Source: Parasphingorhabdus sp.
Lineage (GTDB): Bacteria > Pseudomonadota > Alphaproteobacteria > Sphingomonadales > Sphingomonadaceae
Direction of reading: 5' to 3'
Length of the DNA stretch: 64,000 bases
NCBI RefSeq assembly: GCF_039982415.1
Contig: NZ_JBDWYL010000006.1
Coordinates: 461,613-525,612, forward strand
Position 1 is the stretch's first letter. Every line of letters starts with the position of its first letter. The notes below the pieces were generated by a model, which was not told the DNA's origin, did no database searches, and saw only the letters and a program-made list of their open reading frames with translations. This document shows positions 57,764-64,000 of this stretch, piece by piece. The position numbers were made by a program, and so were the translations under genes.

Positions 57764-59866
57764 TTAGTCTTCTTCCGGTTTGGGCAAAATTGAAACCGGC
57801 GCTTGCGGCTCATCTTCGGATGGGGCCTCATCGCTGGGGGCAGGTGCAGGCTGGGCTTCCTCCTCATTGCGTCCCAGGACTGAATCAATCCAGTCTTGAT
57901 CCAATTGCGGTGGCCCATCTGCGGCCTGACCGCCTTCAAGATCATATTCCAAGCCTTGTCCGGTTTCAATCGGCATGCCATTTTCATCCACATAAATGCC
58001 ATCTTCCGGAGCGCCGTATAATTCTTCTTCATCCGGCTCTAATTGCCAATCCGGCAAGATAAGTTCGGTATCAAATTTTTCGACTTTGCGTTTTGCGACG
58101 GCCACTTTCATAAAGGCCGCAAAAGCTGCTGCAGGCGCACGGCCACCTTGCAGGCCGCGGACCGGTTTGGCATCGTCCCTGCCCATCCAGACTCCGGTTG
58201 TTAATCCGCTTGAAAAGCCCAGAAACCAACCGTCCTTATTGCTGCTGGTGGTTCCGGTTTTGCCGGCCACGGGTCGGCCAATTTGAGCCGCACGGCCGGT
58301 ACCGGCATTAACGGCGGTTTGCATCAGATCGGTAATTCCCGCTGACACCCAAGGATCCACCAGCACGCGGCTGCCATCAAATTTGCTTTGATACAGAACA
58401 TCACCCTTCATGGTCGAGACTTTGGTGATCGCATAGGGGGTGATCGCAATGCCATTGGCGCTGATCGAAGCAAAGGCACGGGTCATATCCAGCAACCGCA
58501 CATCTGATGTTCCCAGCACCATTGACGGATTGGTGTCAATCGGTGTGGTGACGCCAAAGCGGCGGGCCATATTGGCAATGGTCGATGTACCAATATCGTT
58601 GCCAATCGCGGCTGCAACAGTATTTTTCGAATAGGCAAAAGCGCTGCGGACACTGATATCTCCGGCATAGCGCCCGCCGCTATTGCGCGGTGTCCAATTG
58701 CCAATTTGAATCGGTTGGTCGGTAACGATATCATTCGGCGTATAACCGGCTTCCAGGGCCGCCATATAGACAAAGACTTTCCAAGCTGATCCGGGTTGGC
58801 GCACGGCCTGGGTGGCGCGATTATAGTTAGAGGTAACATAATCGGTTCCTCCGACCATCGCGCGGACTGCGCCATCGCGGTCAATCGCAACCAATGCGCC
58901 TTGGGCTCCGGCAGGGGCGCCGGTTTGGATGGCCGTTGTTGCGGTGCGCTGCATATCGAGATCAAGTGTGGTCCACACTTCAATAGGCTCTACGGTCTCA
59001 TCGATGAGCAGGTCCAATTGTGGCAAAGCCCAGTCGGTAAAATAGCGGACACTATTTTGACGGGGTTCCGGCGCCAGTTTGACAGATTTTGGTTTGGTTT
59101 CCGCCGCTTGTGCAGCGCTAATGGCTCCGGCGTCCTGCATCACACGCAAAACCACGGTTGCGCGGTCAATGGCGGCTTGTGCGTCTGCTGTGGGTGAATA
59201 GCGCGATGGTGCTTTGACCAATCCGGCGATAATCGCGGCTTCCGCAAGATCGAGATCGGTTGCGCTATGAGCAAAAAACCGCCGAGAGGCCGCATCAATG
59301 CCATAGGCACCGCCACCATAATAGACTTTGTTGAGATAGAGCTCGAGTATCTGTTCTTTGGAAAATTTCCTTTCCATGGCCAGAGCAATTAAAATCTCTC
59401 GGCCTTTTCGTCCAAATGTCCGGCTGTTGTTCAAAAAGATATTGCGCGCCAGTTGCTGGGTGATGGTCGATCCACCTTGAGCCCAGCGTCCACGCTCAAA
59501 GCGGACTTTCAAGGATCGGGCAATGCCAATTGGGTCGACGCCCAGATGGCTTTCATAGCGGCGATCTTCGACCGCCACCATTGCATCGATCATAACTTGG
59601 GGAATATCCTCATAGTCGAGCCATTGGCCATAGCTTGGGCCCATGGAAAATAATTCGCGACCATTGGTATCGAGCACGCGGATCATTTGCCCATTGGGTG
59701 ATGATTTTAAATCTTCATAGCCGGGCAAAGACGACCGGATAACCGTGACCGCTACGATCAGCGCAATAAACCCGAGCAAACTGACAAACAGGCCAGTTTT
59801 GACAAGTCGAAAAAACCATTTGCGCAATGGTCCCGGTTTTTTACTGCGTTTTTTGCCCCGCGCCAT
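57764..59866 (-). CDS. Class A penicillin-binding protein (PBP1A)
   Basis: EDRRY, GGSTITQQL, QPGSAWK (SxxK), SKN, GKTGT; acidic C-terminal tail. Confidence 0.95.
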   Translation of the reverse strand: MARGKKRSKKPGPLRKWFFRLVKTGLFVSLLGFIALIVAVTVIRSSLPGYEDLKSSPNGQMIRVLDTNGRELFSMGPSYGQWLDYEDIPQVMIDAMVAVEDRRYESHLGVDPIGIARSLKVRFERGRWAQGGSTITQQLARNIFLNNSRTFGRKGREILIALAMERKFSKEQILELYLNKVYYGGGAYGIDAASRRFFAHSATDLDLAEAAIIAGLVKAPSRYSPTADAQAAIDRATVVLRVMQDAGAISAAQAAETKPKSVKLAPEPRQNSVRYFTDWALPQLDLLIDETVEPIEVWTTLDLDMQRTATTAIQTGAPAGAQGALVAIDRDGAVRAMVGGTDYVTSNYNRATQAVRQPGSAWKVFVYMAALEAGYTPNDIVTDQPIQIGNWTPRNSGGRYAGDISVRSAFAYSKNTVAAAIGNDIGTSTIANMARRFGVTTPIDTNPSMVLGTSDVRLLDMTRAFASISANGIAITPYAITKVSTMKGDVLYQSKFDGSRVLVDPWVSAGITDLMQTAVNAGTGRAAQIGRPVAGKTGTTSSNKDGWFLGFSSGLTTGVWMGRDDAKPVRGLQGGRAPAAAFAAFMKVAVAKRKVEKFDTELILPDWQLEPDEEELYGAPEDGIYVDENGMPIETGQGLEYDLEGGQAADGPPQLDQDWIDSVLGRNEEEAQPAPAPSDEAPSEDEPQAPVSILPKPEED

Positions 59867-59951
59867 ATTCTTCCATTCACCCCACGCTTATCATTCGCGT
59901 TTTAGCGTATTACCGTCTTACTGCAGGCTGAACGATGGCCGAACGGAACAT

Positions 59952-60350
59952 TCAATCGTCATTGGGCTCAAATTCCAGAGCAGCACTGTTCATACAATAG
60001 CGCAGCCCATTTTCTGCCGGCCCATCCGGGAAAACATGCCCCAAATGGCCATTACAACTGCTGCAGCGCACTTCTATGCGCCGCATACCGTGACTGAGGT
60101 CCTCTATTTCTGTGACGACAGCGGGATCGGATGGTTCGGTGAAACTGGGCCAGCCACAACCGCTGTCAAATTTCTTCGTCGCATCAAATAATTTCGTTCC
60201 GCAACCCGCGCAAAAAAATTCACCGTTTCGCTTTTCCGCGTTGAGCGCACCGGTAAAGGCCCGTTCTGTTCCGGCTTCTCGCAGGATATGATATTGTTCG
60301 GGCGTCAGTTTCTCGCGCCATTCTGCAGCGCTAAGGGTTATTTTTTCCAT
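59952..60350 (-). CDS. msrB: Peptide-methionine (R)-S-oxide reductase
   Basis: Probable start 60350; GTERAF, CAGC, GCGWPSF, GHLGHVFPDGP, RYCMNS. Confidence 0.96.
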   Translation of the reverse strand: MEKITLSAAEWREKLTPEQYHILREAGTERAFTGALNAEKRNGEFFCAGCGTKLFDATKKFDSGCGWPSFTEPSDPAVVTEIEDLSHGMRRIEVRCSSCNGHLGHVFPDGPAENGLRYCMNSAALEFEPNDD

Positions 60351-60584
60351 CCATAGAAACTGGGGGGAAAAGCCAAGAAGGTCAAGCGTTAGCCAGCCAT
60401 GTTTACAAACTATAATGCGCTGCGGCGAAAATGGCTCCCCGACACTATGCACTGGGGTTTACCCAATCGAAAACAGCATGGAATAGCAAAACCCGAACAA
60501 ACGGGGTCTAAAGGGCGCGTTAAAAGCCCGGCAATTGCAGAAATTAAGCATTTTTTTAGCCCTTAGGCCTAGATATGAACTGTT

Positions 60585-61136
60585 GTGATATCTGATTTGA
60601 AATTCAAAATAGCGGTTTCAACCCTATTCTTGTTCGGGGGCGTACTCGTTTTCCCAAGCAGCAACGTGGCCGCGCAATGCCGATTATGCGCCGATAGTCC
60701 GGAAACGGCGTCTGCAGCGGCACGGTCAGGAGAAGCGGAACTGCCGCTGCGCATCGAAATTACCGCCAATCTTGATTTTTCGCGATTGGCATTGCTCAAC
60801 AGAGCGGGCGGTGAAGTCGATCTTGATCCGCAATCCCGTCAACGCAGAATTAGCGGTGGAATTACCGATTTAGGAGGCTTGTCGCTGCATGGCGAAGGCC
60901 GATTAACCGGAGAGCCTGGGCGGATTGTCCGAGTTAACTTGCCGGAACGGATTACGCTAAGCGCACCCAATGGATCGACCGCCAATCTGGTAAAATTGGA
61001 CACGGACTTGCCCGCCCAACCGCGCCTGGATAGCGACGGACGTTTGACATTTTCCTTTGGAGGAAAGTTGCGGGTGAACGGCAATGCGAGTGGCCAATTT
61101 CGCGGACGGATCGCGATTACAGCAGACTATGAATAA
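60585..61136 (+). CDS. Second DUF4402 secreted protein (orphan), possible minor or tip pilin
   Basis: 183 aa; signal peptide, N-terminal QCRLC, LDFS, GEPGR.V.V.LP, C-terminal FRGRIAITADYE with penultimate Tyr. Confidence 0.7.
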   Translation: MISDLKFKIAVSTLFLFGGVLVFPSSNVAAQCRLCADSPETASAAARSGEAELPLRIEITANLDFSRLALLNRAGGEVDLDPQSRQRRISGGITDLGGLSLHGEGRLTGEPGRIVRVNLPERITLSAPNGSTANLVKLDTDLPAQPRLDSDGRLTFSFGGKLRVNGNASGQFRGRIAITADYE

Positions 61137-61141
61137 CCCGT

Positions 61142-62170
61142 TCAGCGCAACCGCGCTGCTTTACGGGCAATAGTCAATAATTCCTGCTCCACCAAGACCT
61201 GTTCCGGTTGACCACTGGATTTCAAAGCAATTTCCAACGTCAATATCCGTTCAATCAGCCGCGCAATATGGGCGGACGACCAAATATGTAATTGCCGAGC
61301 ATAATGATCCCGGTCTTTCCAGAAAACCGACGGATGATTGACCAATTTGCCAATATTGGACCCTTGATCGACTTTGCTCCGTAATTCTGCAAGCTTTCCA
61401 AGATGCCGCAGCATTAAGCGGACCAAGCCGACTTCGCTAAACCCTGTCGGACGCAGCGCGGCCAATTCCTGTGACAATTTTTGCGTATCGCCGCCAATAG
61501 CCGCGTTGATCAACAATCCGAGATCTTCTTCATCATTTTCAGCGCCAAGCAGGGACAAAAGCTCGGCTTCGGCGGTTTGGGGATTGTCCGGATTGCTATC
61601 CAGATAAAGGGCAATTTTTTCGACTTCGAGCCTCGCCAAAACCAGATCATTGCTGGTCAAGGCTGCAAGCGCTGCCGCCATATCCCGCGATAATAAGACG
61701 CCCTGTTCCCGCGCCATGTGAGATATGGCAGCCACAGCATCACCCTGAGTGGTTTCGTAACAAGTCGCGATTAAGGCATCCGGAGCGGCGGCAATTTTTT
61801 TCGCCAGCGCGGTTTTGTCGGCCATACCCGCGGCCACCACAAAGACCGGATCCCCTTTGGTTTCTGACTCGAGCAAATTTTCAATTGCCGCAGCCGCTCG
61901 GACGGATTCGCCGCTGTTAAGTCGAAGCATGATATATCTTTTGTCGCCGAACAAGGATGCAGATGTTGCTTCATCGTTCAACCGCGCGGGGCTTTCTGTA
62001 ATATCTGCCAGAGACATTTCCACCCGTTCTGATGCGGACGCGAGCGGTGTTGCCAGTTCATTCGCCAAGGCCTGGCATCGCGTGACATTGGGTCCGCACA
62101 ATAGCGCCAGTCGAAAAGCATCTGGCGTGCTGTGAAAGCGGTTTACAATGTCTTTGTCTTTGACTTTCAC
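61142..62170 (-). CDS. holA: DNA polymerase III delta subunit
   Basis: SLFGDK, EVEKIALY, VFWK; conserved leuS-lptE-holA order. Confidence 0.9.
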   Translation of the reverse strand: MKVKDKDIVNRFHSTPDAFRLALLCGPNVTRCQALANELATPLASASERVEMSLADITESPARLNDEATSASLFGDKRYIMLRLNSGESVRAAAAIENLLESETKGDPVFVVAAGMADKTALAKKIAAAPDALIATCYETTQGDAVAAISHMAREQGVLLSRDMAAALAALTSNDLVLARLEVEKIALYLDSNPDNPQTAEAELLSLLGAENDEEDLGLLINAAIGGDTQKLSQELAALRPTGFSEVGLVRLMLRHLGKLAELRSKVDQGSNIGKLVNHPSVFWKDRDHYARQLHIWSSAHIARLIERILTLEIALKSSGQPEQVLVEQELLTIARKAARLR

Positions 62171-62193
62171 ATTTTTGCTTTCGCTAACCGCCT

Positions 62194-62709
62194 TTAATTC
62201 GCAGCGCTATTTGTTTGTTCTCGCGCAAAAAGCGACAGTCTTTTTACGATTTGATCCGCGACGCGGGTGGAGAGATTTTCCAGCGCGGTCTCTTCGGCGG
62301 CGACCGTTGCATATTCAGAAGAAACCACATCGATACCCGCATCAGAACCCGCCGTTGCATCCAGCACCACTTTACTGTCCGCTACCCGCACCAATTGATA
62401 GCGCGCCCGCAAAGTGCGGCGTTCGCGGGTAATTCGGTCATTGCTGCGGACGCCAAAACCGGCAATTTTGTCATCCAATTCAACAACCAGACGGTATCGC
62501 GATTCGCTTCGGTCAAAAGTGGATAGCTGGTCATTCAGCGCATTGCGCATCAGCCAGCCGGCTTTGCCTTCTATCGGTTCAACCGTCACATTGCCTAATG
62601 CGGTGGCGACAGCACCATTGGATCCGCCGGAATAAAGCGGCTGCAATCCGCATGAGGAGAGTAACAGGCTCGCCGCGACCACCATCGCCGATTTGCGCTT
62701 ATATTTCAT
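62194..62709 (-). CDS. lptE: LPS assembly lipoprotein LptE
   Basis: Lipobox [10 protein letters not shown]; lies between leuS and holA. Confidence 0.88.
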   Translation of the reverse strand: MKYKRKSAMVVAASLLLSSCGLQPLYSGGSNGAVATALGNVTVEPIEGKAGWLMRNALNDQLSTFDRSESRYRLVVELDDKIAGFGVRSNDRITRERRTLRARYQLVRVADSKVVLDATAGSDAGIDVVSSEYATVAAEETALENLSTRVADQIVKRLSLFAREQTNSAAN

Positions 62710-64000
62710 ATAACGATATTTACCAATCGGTCGGGCACAACGATCACCTTTTTAATTTCCGCCCCATCTATTGTACGCTGCACTTTCTCGGAGCCCAGCG
62801 CAAGCGTCTCTAAAGTGGACTTGTCGCTGCCTTTGGCAACGGAAAGCGTATCGCGCAATTTTCCGCGCACCTGAATGGCAATGGTCACTTCATCTTCCAC
62901 CAAAAGTGTTTCATCAAATTCCGGCCAGGATGCATTGGCGATTAAATCAGTTTCGCCAAATAAGGCCCAAGCTTCTTCGGCGATATGCGGCACCATGGGA
63001 GCAACAATAGAAGCCAAGGTGCGAATGGCATTATGCCGGTCGGACGATGGTTTGGCTTTCTCGATCATATTGATCAGTTCAAATATCTTCGCCACGGCCT
63101 TGTTGAACGACAGTGATTCAATATCTTCCGCCACACCAGCAATGGTTTGATGCAATTTGCGGCGTAGTGCTTTGTCTTCACCGCCTTGCGCAGCGGCGGT
63201 GGATTCTGTTTCATCCGCGAGCGACACAAATAGACGCCAAAGCCGCTGAACAAATCGCCAACTGCCTTCAATTCCCGCCTCTGACCAAGGCAAGTCGCGC
63301 TCGGGCGGGCTATCGGACAGCATGAAAAAGCGCACCGCGTCTGCCCCATATTGTTCGATAATGGGATCAGGGTCGACCACGTTTTTCTTGGACTTGGACA
63401 TTTTTTCAATCCGTCCAACGGCAATCGGTGCCCCGCCCGATGCTTTAAACACGCCGCCTTCGCGATGTTCGACTTCATCGGGGCTGTAATAGACGATTTG
63501 ATCCGCGCCGGTTTCGGTATTTTCAACCGTTTCAAAATAGGTTTCGTGGGTGACCATGCCTTGGGTAAACAAGCTTTCAAACGGCTCGGTAAAATCAAGC
63601 CGCCCCAGTGAAGCCAGCGCATGGGTCCAGAATCGGGCATATAGCAAATGCAAAATGGCATGTTCAATGCCGCCAATATATTGAGAGACCGGCATCCATT
63701 TTTGCACGGTTTCGGCGTCAAAAGGCAGATTGTCCGGCTGGCTGGCAAAGCGCAGGAAATACCAGCTGGAATTGGTAAAAGTGTCCAATGTATCGGTCTC
63801 GCGCTGCGCCGGTTTGCCGCATTTTGGGCAATCAACATGTTTCCATGTTGCGTGGCGTTCGAGAGGATTGCCGGGAATGTCAAAATTGACGTCATCTGGC
63901 AAGGTGACCGGCAATTGATCTTTGGGCACCGGAACCGCCCCGCAATCGTCGCAATGGATGATCGGAATCGGGGTTCCCCAATAGCGTTGGCGCGAAACGC
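62706..64000 (-). CDS. leuS: Leucyl-tRNA synthetase, 3' part (5'-truncated by the window edge)
   Basis: Frame is open to the window edge ([11 protein letters not shown] upstream of the listed ORF); [22 protein letters not shown]. Confidence 0.97.
   Translation of the reverse strand, partial: VSRQRYWGTPIPIIHCDDCGAVPVPKDQLPVTLPDDVNFDIPGNPLERHATWKHVDCPKCGKPAQRETDTLDTFTNSSWYFLRFASQPDNLPFDAETVQKWMPVSQYIGGIEHAILHLLYARFWTHALASLGRLDFTEPFESLFTQGMVTHETYFETVENTETGADQIVYYSPDEVEHREGGVFKASGGAPIAVGRIEKMSKSKKNVVDPDPIIEQYGADAVRFFMLSDSPPERDLPWSEAGIEGSWRFVQRLWRLFVSLADETESTAAAQGGEDKALRRKLHQTIAGVAEDIESLSFNKAVAKIFELINMIEKAKPSSDRHNAIRTLASIVAPMVPHIAEEAWALFGETDLIANASWPEFDETLLVEDEVTIAIQVRGKLRDTLSVAKGSDKSTLETLALGSEKVQRTIDGAEIKKVIVVPDRLVNIVI

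Noticed and set aside
36428-60410. GTTTACAAA 9-mer seen at 36428, 47773 and 60401, all intergenic
   Set aside because: Inconsistent orientation and spacing relative to genes; plausible by chance in AT-rich spacers given how many motifs were inspected.
63074-63895. 273-aa alternative-frame ORF within leuS
   Set aside because: Same-strand off-frame overlap with an essential gene; composition is not protein-like.
62706-63929. 407-aa ORF that looks like a truncated leuS or pseudogene
   Set aside because: The frame stays open to position 64000; truncation is a window-edge artefact.
1-64000. CRISPR arrays, tRNA/rRNA genes, transposases, integrases, prophage or defence genes
   Set aside because: None recognised; intergenic gaps are short and contain no regularly spaced repeats.

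Overview
A 64-kb chromosomal window from an alphaproteobacterium. Gene content and order point to Sphingomonadaceae (Parasphingorhabdus/Sphingorhabdus-like); this is an inference. The window spans the replication origin: oriC lies between hemE and the PpsR/DUF299 gene at about 47.7-48.0 kb, and there are four parS palindromes plus the usual mnmE-mnmG-rsmG-parA-parB, hemE-hemJ-rho and maf-aroE-coaE-dnaQ-hpf-ptsN blocks. The left 32 kb is accessory and mostly lipid-catabolic. It holds a TauD dioxygenase followed by a DUF3604-PPIase-HupE/UreJ cassette, an ECF sigma with a small membrane partner, purine salvage genes, a beta-oxidation operon with a near-perfect LiuR-type operator, and an atypical acyclic-terpene (atuACEF) cluster extended with NMO, CoA-transferase, TIGR03084 and acyl-CoA ligase genes. 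It also has an FSP1/AIFM2-like oxidoreductase divergent from a lipid kinase. The best candidate for an uncharacterised system is a three-gene DUF4402 pilin-chaperone-usher fimbrial operon just downstream of parB, with a second orphan DUF4402 gene 24 kb away. No rRNA, tRNA, CRISPR array or mobile element was recognised. Family names come from motif recognition by eye, not from database searches.
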